Positions 1-8,958 of a DNA stretch of 64,000 nucleotides are shown piece after piece (position 1 is the stretch's first letter; each line of letters begins with the position of its first letter). Source of the stretch: an uncultured virus (IMG/VR IMGVR_UViG_3300027708_000054) (Duplodnaviria > Heunggongvirae > Uroviricota > Caudoviricetes). A program made the translations under genes and the position numbers. The notes under the pieces were generated by a model. It worked only from the letters and a program-made list of their open reading frames with translations, was not told the DNA's origin and did not search any database. The DNA is taken from IMG/VR virus record IMGVR_UViG_3300027708_000054; one strand, written 5' to 3'.

Positions 1-95
1 TTAGTTTCATTCGCTTCCTTTTTTAATTAAATAATACCAAAGCCATATAGCCTTTCCTCTTATCAGCTCATAAGCTGCTATTGCTAATATATATT

Positions 96-1163
96 TCATT
101 CTCTTAAAAAATATGATTTGTTAGTAATTGCTTCATAGTCTGAATCAGTGATGTCTTTCTTTCTAGGCAACTCCTTGAATAAGCCTAATTCACCTAAGAA
201 ACCAAGACCAATTCTCACATCATCTTCACCATAACTATTTTTGATTAGTCGCAAGCTTCTGAAATACTTAGCACCATATTGATCTTTTAGTTTATCTAAG
301 TCATAACCACTAGGGTCTGCCACCTTGTATCTCATAGGATCAAATAAAGCCATAACAACATCAGCATCATTCTGTGTGCTTGAGCTATCACTGAAATCTT
401 CTAGTTGTGGTTCAACATCACCATTCTTTAATCTTGTAGGATTAGATATACTTCTGTTAAACTGACTTACAACAACAGGACTATACCCATAGAAGTCTCT
501 AGCATATCTAAGTTCATCAGACATTTTATCAATAGCATCTTTCTTAGTTGGTTGAGCTGTTGTTGTTTTAAGAAGACCAATATGATCTACAACCACCATG
601 GTGATTTGTGTTGGATCATTAGGAACATATATTTTGTTCCACTTGTCCAATTGCTCTATCCTACCATTAGCTTCAGCATAAGCTTTTAGTTCTTTTGCTA
701 TACCTACAGGATTCTCTGGTCCATCAATGATAGTGACAATCTCACTTAGCTTATCTATGTAGTCTTTATAATGTAAAAAAAGATCATGTTCATCTTTAGT
801 CATCTTCTCATTCCAACCTAACAGTTTACCTACAGGAATAATTATACCTTGGTCTAGAAATATTTTACGAGATACCCATTTGGCCATCTTGTAAGTTCTA
901 CTTCTCTCCATGGACCTATACCACACCTTCACTTTAATCCCTGAAGCTATTCCTTCTTTAGAAAGAGCCCAATCAACAGGATTAAGTACAAATGCATCAT
1001 CAATAAAAGATGTCTTTCCTGAACCAGTGTTACCACCTATCAAATAATACATACTCTTACGAATACCTACATATCTAGTTAAGCGATCAAAGCCCATAGG
1101 AATTCCTCTATTGAAATCACCTAGGCCTTTCTCAACTTCTGCATTTAATAGTTCAAAACTCAT
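96..1163 (-). CDS. DnaB-like (SF4) replicative helicase
   Basis: Walker A GGNTGSGKTS, Walker B VVVDHIG, SQFNR motif and SSSTQNDADVVMAL motif, all typical of DnaB family. Confidence 0.9.
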   Translation of the reverse strand: MSFELLNAEVEKGLGDFNRGIPMGFDRLTRYVGIRKSMYYLIGGNTGSGKTSFIDDAFVLNPVDWALSKEGIASGIKVKVWYRSMERSRTYKMAKWVSRKIFLDQGIIIPVGKLLGWNEKMTKDEHDLFLHYKDYIDKLSEIVTIIDGPENPVGIAKELKAYAEANGRIEQLDKWNKIYVPNDPTQITMVVVDHIGLLKTTTAQPTKKDAIDKMSDELRYARDFYGYSPVVVSQFNRSISNPTRLKNGDVEPQLEDFSDSSSTQNDADVVMALFDPMRYKVADPSGYDLDKLKDQYGAKYFRSLRLIKNSYGEDDVRIGLGFLGELGLFKELPRKKDITDSDYEAITNKSYFLRE

Positions 1164-1354
1164 AATAGCTCTATTTCTTGTTTAACTTCTTGCCAAAATG
1201 GTTTCATCACTTCATAACAATGTTTTAATATCTCATTAACTGCTATTAACGCAAATTCTTTTTCTCCTATATCATAATCACCATACATATCTGCTTTTTG
1301 CATAGCTGTGCTAAATTTATCCACTAATTCTTTTGCTTCATCTTTACTGTTCAT
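1160..1354 (-). CDS. small phage hypothetical protein
   Basis: 64 aa ORF overlapping both neighbours (translational coupling). Confidence 0.7.
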   Translation of the reverse strand: MNSKDEAKELVDKFSTAMQKADMYGDYDIGEKEFALIAVNEILKHCYEVMKPFWQEVKQEIELL

Positions 1355-1986
1355 TATATATCTGTACCTCCTGTTGGTTTTTGTGGAGCAATATCAATCT
1401 TAGCTCCATCATTAATTAGTTCAATAAATGGTTCAAAACTTCTTTGGTTTAAATATACAGAAGATCCTTGCATAAATGTTAATCTATTACTATTTGTAGC
1501 AACAGAATTCTCTTTCTTCTGTATGATTTCATAATTCAAAGCAGCTATAAGCTGTTGAGCTGTATATTCTCCTTCAAGAATTATCTTGTCAAATTTCAAT
1601 CTACAATCATCCTTATATAGTCTGAGTGCTCTTGTACCTTTAAAAGATTTACCTTTATATTCAAATGAATCAGTACCTGGATAAGTCTTCCACCATTCTT
1701 CAAAATCTGTTGTGGCAGGCTTTCTTCTTATTATCTTTCCAGTGGTCTTAGTATTCATGAATTCTAATAAGTCTTTGCCTACTAATGTGAGCTTTTCATC
1801 ATCAGGTGTTATAAGTCCTTTTCTTATTAAAGAATGATAGACAGAAGCAACCTTCATACTTCCATCACATAATGGGGAAACATCAAATTGTTCGTCTATC
1901 AACTTTAATAAAAATATTACATCTAGATTATAACCTCTTTTGATGAGCTCTTCGAACTGCTGTGGTGTCACAGTGAATTTCATCAT
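1354..1986 (-). CDS. putative replication initiator/helicase loader (winged-helix plus FEEWWxxYP domain)
   Basis: N-terminal wHTH-like segment; FEEWWKTYP motif typical of phage replication-protein C-termini; just upstream of the helicase. Confidence 0.55.
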   Translation of the reverse strand: MMKFTVTPQQFEELIKRGYNLDVIFLLKLIDEQFDVSPLCDGSMKVASVYHSLIRKGLITPDDEKLTLVGKDLLEFMNTKTTGKIIRRKPATTDFEEWWKTYPGTDSFEYKGKSFKGTRALRLYKDDCRLKFDKIILEGEYTAQQLIAALNYEIIQKKENSVATNSNRLTFMQGSSVYLNQRSFEPFIELINDGAKIDIAPQKPTGGTDI

Positions 1987-2140
1987 TTAATTTTGGTTTT
2001 TCTATTTTAATAATTGCAGGCTTTTTGTTTTTGCTTGCTTGTTCCTCTTCCCATTTTTGCCATGAAGCTTCAACATCTTTTTGTCTCTCCATAGCATATA
2101 TGTGATCATTGGGATATTCCCAATCTTCAAACCAATCCAT
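1928..2140 (-). CDS. hypothetical protein
   Basis: 70 aa ORF coupled to upstream gene; 3' end overlaps next gene. Confidence 0.55.
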   Translation of the reverse strand: MDWFEDWEYPNDHIYAMERQKDVEASWQKWEEEQASKNKKPAIIKIEKPKLNDEIHCDTTAVRRAHQKRL

Positions 2141-2400
2141 TACTTAGATATTTTAGGTCTTCCAACAGGTCTTTTCTCAACTATTGCATTTTGTGCAACA
2201 GCTGGTTTCTTCTTGTTTCTCTTTTTATATCTTCTCTTTGGTTTTTCTGTAACAACAGAATTATCTGTCACCTTTCTAGGTTCAAACTTAGTAATAGGTC
2301 TTTCATTCTCATCCACTTCTTGAGCATTTTTAATTCCAAAATACATAAGACAAGCAAATACAATAGCAGCTGCTATTACAATAATAATTGGTAAATTCAT
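2140..2400 (-). CDS. membrane-anchored basic protein with AT-hook-like motif
   Basis: N-terminal hydrophobic helix (IIIVIAAAIVFACLMYF), Lys/Arg-rich tail ending KRPVGRPK. Confidence 0.6.
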   Translation of the reverse strand: MNLPIIIVIAAAIVFACLMYFGIKNAQEVDENERPITKFEPRKVTDNSVVTEKPKRRYKKRNKKKPAVAQNAIVEKRPVGRPKISK

Positions 2401-2411
2401 AGTTTCTAGTT

Positions 2412-2669
2412 TTAATTGTTAATTCTTAAGCCAAATTGTAAGTTAAACCAGTCAAAGGTTTGTTCAGCTCTTGTTTTGTTAAATTTAAATATTTTCTTTA
2501 ATAAAGGAATAGCATAACGCTTGAATTCCTCATGTTGTTCTTGTGTCATAGTATTATTGAAATACCATTCTTCATCACCCTCAACATCTGAGAATGTCTT
2601 TCCAATCATCTTTAGTTGGTATTCAACTAAATGTTCAGAAATGTTCGTTCGATTAACTTTAGCTCTCAT
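2412..2669 (-). CDS. phage hypothetical protein
   Basis: 85 aa ORF coupled to the polymerase stop codon. Confidence 0.7.
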   Translation of the reverse strand: MRAKVNRTNISEHLVEYQLKMIGKTFSDVEGDEEWYFNNTMTQEQHEEFKRYAIPLLKKIFKFNKTRAEQTFDWFNLQFGLRINN

Positions 2670-4627
2670 TAGAATAAATTTAATTGGTTAGGGATAAACA
2701 CTGTATTAATTCTTTTTCCTTCAGTTTGAATCTTGGTGATTATTCTGTTAGCTTTCTCAATGTAATAATCATAGTTTACATTATCAGTGCTACTGCCTTT
2801 TGGTAGGAAATTACAAACTTTACACACCCATTCACCTGCTTCTATCTGACTGATAGCTGCAGCTCTGGTTTGACATTCAGGATTTTTCACCTTAAATATC
2901 TTATCACCTGTGTTAGACACATAATATCTAATGAGTTTATCATAAACTGTCACTTCACCTGTAGCTCTATTAGTTCCTTCATAATGGAAACTTCTAGTAG
3001 CTTTTTGTCTTAAACAAAAATCATATAGATTATCATGATTTCTAATAGTCTCAGCAACAGGAATACCACTAACAAAATAACGTTCAAGAGCAATGGGTAC
3101 AATCCTTGCACTCTTGTTCTTATGCAATTCAAAATCTGTAAGGAAATCACCTTTCTTTTTAATTTCTCCATTGGTCATAATAGCTAAATAATCATTCACT
3201 GTACTAAAGATAATCTTGGAATAGTCAGTTCTCTCTAACTCATATTGAGTGATGTCACACCACCATGCATTGATTTCATACATAAAAGGAATCTTGTCTT
3301 TCTTAATCTTGATAGTTACACCATCTGTATTTGCAGAGATCACCTGTATGCCACTGGTTTCATATTGTTCAATAAGCATCATTAAGCTAAGCTCACCAGT
3401 TATTGTGGTGAACATAGTTAATTGCCTATCATATATCCAATTTTGCATATCAGATGACTTACCATATACAGAGTTAACTGCAAGTTTAAGTGCTCCAACA
3501 ATTCCTTTAATCTTCTTATCACTCTTTGCAAGCGGTTTAAGCTCCAATCTCTTATCAAACATCTGTTTGTATCCTCTAAGGAATTCTTTTCCTAAATGAG
3601 CAGGAAACTTACCATTGTTGATAATAATAGCTGGATAGTAAGAACTAACATCCCAATCGATTATCTCATATTCTTCATCAGCTTCAAACACTTTAGGTTT
3701 GTTCTCTGTATGAAGACCACCTTTCATAAAAGAATATACATTTCCATAGAAATCTATATGCTCTTTGAAATCATCTTGAAGACCCAACTGCATTTTATTA
3801 ATCTTCTTTAGAAAATCTTTAAGTTGAGGGGTTTCAAATGTCACATATTTAGCAATGCAATTCTTTACATCTATACTCTTCCTGAAATATCCTTTCTTTG
3901 GAAGTTCTCTATAATCTATTCCTTTCTCAGAACAATAATACTTCTTAATCATCTCATCACCTATCTTACTATCAGAATAGTTAAGACAAGGAATACCAAA
4001 CTCTTCAAATATATCTTGTCTAAGCTCTATTTGATTGTTTCCTTTGTATAATGGATGATCTGTCTGGCCTAGTGTTATCTTATAGAATTCATATGTAGCA
4101 TCAACATCATTATAACAATAGTCAATTGTAAGAGCTATCTCTTCTTTGGTCATGTTAGTCTTGGTATGATGAATAGGCATTTCTTCTATGTTCTCTAGGT
4201 CCATCTCAAACTCTAGTCTTTTCAGAGAGACCATTCGATTTTTATTGTCGAAATGGCTTATCTTAAATAGATCTATCTGCTTAAGAGATAATTGTTCTTC
4301 TCTATATTCAGGGAATACATCATAGTTAGCATCATGTATAACATCTGCAGCTTTCTGTGCTATTCTAGAACATATTTCTAAGTTAGTTAGTTCATGCCAA
4401 TTGTCATAGTTTCTTAAGATCCATTCAACAACTTGACTATCAAAACGTAGATTATTATATCCTACCCAATAAGCATCAGGGTTTGCTTCTGTATATCTAA
4501 CAAAAGCATCTAATTGATTCTTCCATTTAGATACCTGAAAGCTTTTACCTGCTTTACCAGGCACCATACATACAACTAAGAATAGTTCTTGCATGGTTTC
4601 TATGTCATAAATTATTACATTTTTCAT
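2669..4627 (-). CDS. DNA polymerase family B (crAss-like)
   Basis: Exonuclease motifs YDIET, GYNNLRFD, YCYNDV; polymerase motifs DWDVSSYYP, KLAVNSVYG, ANTDG. ATG at 4627 preferred over TTG at 4633. Confidence 0.92.
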   Translation of the reverse strand: MKNVIIYDIETMQELFLVVCMVPGKAGKSFQVSKWKNQLDAFVRYTEANPDAYWVGYNNLRFDSQVVEWILRNYDNWHELTNLEICSRIAQKAADVIHDANYDVFPEYREEQLSLKQIDLFKISHFDNKNRMVSLKRLEFEMDLENIEEMPIHHTKTNMTKEEIALTIDYCYNDVDATYEFYKITLGQTDHPLYKGNNQIELRQDIFEEFGIPCLNYSDSKIGDEMIKKYYCSEKGIDYRELPKKGYFRKSIDVKNCIAKYVTFETPQLKDFLKKINKMQLGLQDDFKEHIDFYGNVYSFMKGGLHTENKPKVFEADEEYEIIDWDVSSYYPAIIINNGKFPAHLGKEFLRGYKQMFDKRLELKPLAKSDKKIKGIVGALKLAVNSVYGKSSDMQNWIYDRQLTMFTTITGELSLMMLIEQYETSGIQVISANTDGVTIKIKKDKIPFMYEINAWWCDITQYELERTDYSKIIFSTVNDYLAIMTNGEIKKKGDFLTDFELHKNKSARIVPIALERYFVSGIPVAETIRNHDNLYDFCLRQKATRSFHYEGTNRATGEVTVYDKLIRYYVSNTGDKIFKVKNPECQTRAAAISQIEAGEWVCKVCNFLPKGSSTDNVNYDYYIEKANRIITKIQTEGKRINTVFIPNQLNLF

Positions 4628-4651
4628 AGTCAAGTTTTTTAAAAAGGGTTA

Positions 4652-4695
4652 CAAATATAACTAAAATAATTATATTATTCTAACAATTTTAGTTA
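4652..4695 (-). promoter_or_regulatory. Bacteroidota-type -7 box upstream of polB with two operator-like palindromes
   Basis: TATATTTG on minus strand at 4652-4659; imperfect TAACTAA-N-TTAGTTA copies at 4658-4672 and 4681-4695. Confidence 0.5.
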
Positions 4696-5277
4696 TTAAA
4701 AATATATTCTGAAATGATCAGAGTGTAACATAATTCTCTTAGGTTTACCTTCGAATGTCATACCATGTGGTACTTCAACACCTATCTCTGCAGGTTTTTG
4801 TACCTTAACAGGAGTAGTGACTAATTTGTTCATTTTTCTTTTTCTAAGTTTAGGACCATTCCATTTATGTATAACAGGAATAGTTTTCTTTAATCCATAT
4901 AACTTTTGTTCCAATCCTGGAGCTGGTCTATTAAACTGTTTTGCTAACCTTCTTGCTATTTGTTTAATAGGTTCTCCTGTAGCAATATCAGTTTTCATAA
5001 TCATTATTTCTTCTACTGAATAAAAATTTAATTTGTTCATAGTATCTGTTTTTTTATTATAAGTTTCTGTTGTTTTTTTCTTTAGTATGTCTTCTATTGT
5101 GAATCCTTTTTCTAAAGCTCTTTTAATCTGTCTAATTTTTTTAAGCATACCATCTCCTTTTCTGTTAAAATCTATTCCTCTTAATCTAGCAATTCTTCTG
5201 ATAGGAACATTATTCTTAAGATCACATGCAATAATTTTAATTTCATCTGGTGTATAATAATGTGTTATATATGCCAT
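4696..5277 (-). CDS. tandem helix-turn-helix DNA-binding protein
   Basis: Internal repeat YTPDEIKIIACDLKNNVPIRRIARL..FNR / YSVEEIMIMKTDIATGEPIKQIARRL..FNR. Confidence 0.6.
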   Translation of the reverse strand: MAYITHYYTPDEIKIIACDLKNNVPIRRIARLRGIDFNRKGDGMLKKIRQIKRALEKGFTIEDILKKKTTETYNKKTDTMNKLNFYSVEEIMIMKTDIATGEPIKQIARRLAKQFNRPAPGLEQKLYGLKKTIPVIHKWNGPKLRKRKMNKLVTTPVKVQKPAEIGVEVPHGMTFEGKPKRIMLHSDHFRIYF

Positions 5278-5282
5278 AATTT

Positions 5283-5828
5283 CTAAATTTTAGCAAAACA
5301 ACACATAGCTGATGTGTCGAAATACTTAATGAATAAATAATTTCCTTGATTTGTTGTGTAAATTGTGTAAGGCATAGGTGATGAATAATCAACACTAGCT
5401 AACACTTTTTCTTTCCTAGCTTTAAAGAATGTATCAATTGTTTCTTGCACTCCTATTCTAGTGCTGAATGTCATAATGAAATTGTTTTTAAACTTAGCAA
5501 TGTGTTCTTTTAAGAATCTAACAGAAGCACAGAAGTCAAGATCAAATAATACATTTTGTTTATCTGGGTTTGCTTTGAGAATATCACCACATATCAATGC
5601 TATCTTAGATTTTGATCTAATTTTAGATAGTTGTTGCAATGCCACCATTGAGTTATTCTCATAGATTTCAAATTCTTTACATCCTTTGGATTCTAGATAA
5701 CCTAGATATTCATTGATGTCTGGACCTGCTAATCCAACTACTGATTCAAATTGGAATCTTTGGATTAAGAACTCTCTAACAGCATGTTTGTTACTTGAGT
5801 TTAAATAAGTTTTCTTTCTTTTAGCCAT
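5283..5828 (-). CDS. putative class I SAM-dependent methyltransferase-like protein
   Basis: Rossmann-like pattern VVGLAGP...IYEN...CGDI...FDLDFC. Confidence 0.45.
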   Translation of the reverse strand: MAKRKKTYLNSSNKHAVREFLIQRFQFESVVGLAGPDINEYLGYLESKGCKEFEIYENNSMVALQQLSKIRSKSKIALICGDILKANPDKQNVLFDLDFCASVRFLKEHIAKFKNNFIMTFSTRIGVQETIDTFFKARKEKVLASVDYSSPMPYTIYTTNQGNYLFIKYFDTSAMCCFAKI

Positions 5829-5830
5829 AA

Positions 5831-6247
5831 TTATTCTTCTTCTAGTTCTTCTTCTAATACAAGAGATAACACCACTCTATCTTCTATAAACACTACACCT
5901 TCATCTTCATCATATTCAATATCAACATAACCATCAAGTTCTCTTAATATGTAATTGATGTCTTCTAGTGTAATGTCTCTATATTCATCAGAATGATCTC
6001 CTTCATCCCACCAACCTATTTCATCATGTCTAGCAAGAACTTTATTATCATCATCAACAATAACTAGTTCTACAGGAGCACCATGTTTAGCCATAAATTC
6101 ATCAGCATCTTCTGGTATCTCTTCTAGCTCAAATAGCTCAATGTAGGGCTCTATAACACCAACAGATATTCTATTGATGAAAAGCATACCTTCCTGAAGT
6201 TCATCAGGAAGATAGCTTGACAATGATATTTCAGCTGGATACCACAT
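5831..6247 (-). CDS. acidic hypothetical protein
   Basis: 138 aa, very Asp/Glu-rich, in operon context. Confidence 0.7.
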   Translation of the reverse strand: MWYPAEISLSSYLPDELQEGMLFINRISVGVIEPYIELFELEEIPEDADEFMAKHGAPVELVIVDDDNKVLARHDEIGWWDEGDHSDEYRDITLEDINYILRELDGYVDIEYDEDEGVVFIEDRVVLSLVLEEELEEE

Positions 6248-6603
6248 TAGAATTCTTTTTTAGGTGTTGGTTCAGCAATTTGATATACACTATGTGTACT
6301 ATATAGTCTCAACAATATATGCAATTGTTCTGCTTCTAAATAGTTTAGATGTTTTTTAGTAAATGCACCAATGATTTCTATACCATTACCATTATCTAGT
6401 AATTGCATTGCAACTTGCTTTTTATGATCATCAGCCCATTCAAAATCATCACTATAATATAATGTATGAACTATTACATCTGGTGTAACTTGAAGTTTAT
6501 GATAATCATATTCATGTCTATCATTGATATAAATCTCTTGTCTATATAACACATCACTTGTGTTATCTAATACATCTTGTATTGCTTTTGTTAATGTTGC
6601 CAT
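6247..6603 (-). CDS. hypothetical protein
   Basis: 118 aa ORF coupled to neighbours. Confidence 0.7.
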   Translation of the reverse strand: MATLTKAIQDVLDNTSDVLYRQEIYINDRHEYDYHKLQVTPDVIVHTLYYSDDFEWADDHKKQVAMQLLDNGNGIEIIGAFTKKHLNYLEAEQLHILLRLYSTHSVYQIAEPTPKKEF

Positions 6604-6605
6604 AA

Positions 6606-6839
6606 TTAATATCCTGCTAGTTTAGAAATGTTATAATCACTGGTTAGTAGTTGAGCAAGACCATTCTCTTCTCTCTCTGATAAATCTTTTATAGAAGATA
6701 TAAGTTCTATTCTATTGTAAGTGATGTTTTCACCATACACTGCTGTCACCTTTTCTCCTATTTCTTTTAACTCATTGAAGTTAAATACTGTTACAGGATC
6801 ACCATATTGGTCTCTCCATTTTCCGTTTTCAATTTTCAT
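6606..6839 (-). CDS. hypothetical protein (probable start MKIENGKW)
   Basis: ATG at 6839 follows the upstream stop at 6842, avoiding the overlap in the ORF track. Confidence 0.6.
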   Translation of the reverse strand: MKIENGKWRDQYGDPVTVFNFNELKEIGEKVTAVYGENITYNRIELISSIKDLSEREENGLAQLLTSDYNISKLAGY

Positions 6840-6841
6840 AA

Positions 6842-7102
6842 TTAGTTTGTTATTTGTTCGTAGTTTTTTCTTATCACTGTATCTACCTTGTGGCAAAGAT
6901 CTATTAAATATGTTCCACTTCTCACTTGCTCACTATCAAATGATGCTTCTATAAATGGTTCTAATGCAATAATAAACTCTTTAGCCTTCTGATGCATGTT
7001 TGCACCAATCTCTGCTGTAGGTTTCATTTCATCTAGTTCCATTATTAATAGATTACTCAATGCTGCTAGTTTGTGATATAAGATTCTTTCTTTCTTTACC
7101 AT
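6842..7102 (-). CDS. hypothetical protein (probable start MVKKER)
   Basis: ATG at 7102 immediately after upstream stop at 7104. Confidence 0.6.
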   Translation of the reverse strand: MVKKERILYHKLAALSNLLIMELDEMKPTAEIGANMHQKAKEFIIALEPFIEASFDSEQVRSGTYLIDLCHKVDTVIRKNYEQITN

Positions 7103-7103
7103 G

Positions 7104-7475
7104 TTAATCGTTATGAAATTCAATATAATATCCATCATCAATAAGAAGTCTCATTGCTGTACCAGTATCAAACAATTGTAATGACATTTCTTTTCCATCT
7201 TCATTAATTACATTAATAATTTGATATTTCTCATCACCTTTAGTTTTGTCTTCTCTAACATCACCTACTTGTTGTAATACTTTTTTTCTACCATCTGAAT
7301 AATAGAATATAATATCACTGGTTTTGTTAGCATTAAACACCACTGTAAGATCTAAGACAACCCATGGTTGCATAACACCTTTTGATTGTGATACATAAGA
7401 TGTGTATCGTTTAACAAATGTCTCTTGTGAGAACATTGATGCACTAAACAATAGTGTTAATAATAGTTTTTTCAT
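7104..7475 (-). CDS. exported protein with Sec signal peptide
   Basis: From ATG 7475: MKKLLLTLLFSASMFS|Q, a classic Bacteroidota signal peptide with Gln at +1. Confidence 0.65.
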   Translation of the reverse strand: MKKLLLTLLFSASMFSQETFVKRYTSYVSQSKGVMQPWVVLDLTVVFNANKTSDIIFYYSDGRKKVLQQVGDVREDKTKGDEKYQIINVINEDGKEMSLQLFDTGTAMRLLIDDGYYIEFHND

Positions 7476-7479
7476 TTTA

Positions 7480-7722
7480 TTATTTTTTAAATTGTTCAAT
7501 AAATTCTTCAATGTATCTTGGATTTTCTGCCCTGAAAGTCAATAAGATTTCAATTACTTCTTCCTCATTATAACCTTGTTGTTCTTTTTCCATTTCCTTA
7601 CCTTGTTCAAGTAATTTAGTTTCTCTGTCATCAAACTCACTTGGTTTCATTTCTGTAAGTTCAGATTGTTTAATTAATTCTTTTAGTTCGTTATAGAACC
7701 ATTCTACTGCTGATTGTTTCAT
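7480..7722 (-). CDS. phage hypothetical protein (MKQSAVEW...EKEQ...EQFKK type)
   Basis: ATG 7722; C-terminal module shared with the next ORF. Confidence 0.65.
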   Translation of the reverse strand: MKQSAVEWFYNELKELIKQSELTEMKPSEFDDRETKLLEQGKEMEKEQQGYNEEEVIEILLTFRAENPRYIEEFIEQFKK

Positions 7723-7723
7723 C

Positions 7724-8356
7724 TTATTTCTTTTTAAATTGTTCAATCCATTTTTCAAAAGTTAAAAAAGAAGGACTTGTTTCATCATTATATCCAACGT
7801 TGAAACCTACATTAAATGCTTCTTTCATATCTTCCTCACTATAATTTCTTTCTTGTTCTTGTTTTATCTCATTAATATAAACATCAGTTTTTTTAAAATT
7901 ATTTACAACTTCTTCAAGAGTGGTTTCTTGTTTAGGTTTTAACCCTGCTGATTTCATAAACTCTTCTTCTCCTCCACAAGTTTCTATTATTTGTTTCCAA
8001 ACTTGTTTATGTTCTTCTTTTGGAAAAATTGTTTCGTACCAATTACCGCAAGAATTATCACAAATACCACATTCACCCATACATTGGTTATAGAAAAGTT
8101 TAACATCTACAAACTCAAAACTTGGATTTTTAACAAACCATTCTAAAAACTCATCATCAATAGCTTGTACACCATCTTTGATTAAGTCTTGGTCTGTTGT
8201 TAGGATGATTTTTTTATGCCATTCTCTTGCTCTCCAATAAGGTGCGCATTTTTCAACTCTTTTATCATCAGTTAAAAACCAATCTCCTTCTTTAATTTCT
8301 TCATCAGAAGTGATAAACAATTCTTTTCCTATTTTATGTATGTTTTTATTCTCCAT
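7724..8356 (-). CDS. phage hypothetical protein (KKIILTTDQDLIKDGVQAIDDEFLEWF type)
   Basis: 210 aa ORF with Cys cluster; ends YSEED...EQFKKK. Confidence 0.7.
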   Translation of the reverse strand: MENKNIHKIGKELFITSDEEIKEGDWFLTDDKRVEKCAPYWRAREWHKKIILTTDQDLIKDGVQAIDDEFLEWFVKNPSFEFVDVKLFYNQCMGECGICDNSCGNWYETIFPKEEHKQVWKQIIETCGGEEEFMKSAGLKPKQETTLEEVVNNFKKTDVYINEIKQEQERNYSEEDMKEAFNVGFNVGYNDETSPSFLTFEKWIEQFKKK

Positions 8357-8513
8357 AAGGCAATTCTGTTATTGTTGTTATACGTTTATATGCTTTTACT
8401 TCATTGTTGAATACATTTATAGCAGATGATATATCTTTTGCTTCTACAATGCGTTCTAGATCTGTACAGACATCATTTTGTTCTGTGTAATAATATAATA
8501 AATATCTTCTCAT
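8346..8513 (-). CDS. small hypothetical protein (55 aa, not in track)
   Basis: Manual translation MRRYLLYYYTEQ...LPYGE*; fills the gap with overlapping starts/stops. Confidence 0.5.
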   Translation of the reverse strand: MRRYLLYYYTEQNDVCTDLERIVEAKDISSAINVFNNEVKAYKRITTITELPYGE

Positions 8514-8689
8514 GATTTTTTAAATTTTATTTCTAATGATTGCATTATCTCTTCAAAATCTTTTTGTTTGATTGTTTTAGGTTTATTAATATACAATACA
8601 TGTGTTGAAGAACCTTCATTGTTTACAAAAGACACAATACCTGTATCTTTCTTTAATAACACTCTCTTTGTTTCTTTTAATAGACTCAT
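8510..8689 (-). CDS. small hypothetical protein (59 aa, not in track)
   Basis: Manual translation MSLLKETK...KFKKS*; ATGA overlap with the next gene. Confidence 0.5.
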   Translation of the reverse strand: MSLLKETKRVLLKKDTGIVSFVNNEGSSTHVLYINKPKTIKQKDFEEIMQSLEIKFKKS

Positions 8690-8746
8690 AATTTTATTGA
8701 TTTAAAGAATAAGGGCTCTTGTTACAGAGCCCATATATTCCCCTCC

Positions 8747-8893
8747 TTAATAACCCAACTTCTCTAGTTGGTCTATATTGGCTTCTACAATATACACACC
8801 ATGTGCTATTGTACATGCAAATGCAATACTCATTGCAAATGCTAATTGTCTGAACTGATAAAAATCAGTTGGTTTTAATGTGATTGTTTTCAT
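8747..8893 (-). CDS. small hypothetical protein (48 aa, not in track)
   Basis: MKTITLKPTDF...LEKLGY*, preceded by CCTTAATAA motif and A-rich leader. Confidence 0.55.
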   Translation of the reverse strand: MKTITLKPTDFYQFRQLAFAMSIAFACTIAHGVYIVEANIDQLEKLGY

Positions 8894-8920
8894 TGTTTTA
8901 TAATTATTAAGGATTAATAC

Positions 8921-8954
8921 AAAATAAAAAAGCCTCTAGGTCAGTAGAGGCTTT
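8921..8954 (-). terminator. intrinsic terminator downstream of the tmRNA locus
   Basis: 10 bp stem AAAGCCTCTA/TAGAGGCTTT, 6 nt loop, followed by a T-run on the minus strand. Confidence 0.75.
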
Positions 8955-8958
8955 AAAT

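Noticed and set aside
2081..6954. Plus-strand ORFs inside the replication arm (e.g. 3249-3599, 4817-5023)
   Set aside because: Antisense to well-supported minus-strand genes; no motifs
7476..7758. N-terminal extensions MKNLLNNLKNNK / MKNGLNNLKRNK in the ORF track
   Set aside because: Alternative-frame reading of the upstream genes' repeated EQFKK ends; downstream ATGs at 7475 and 7722 are more plausible
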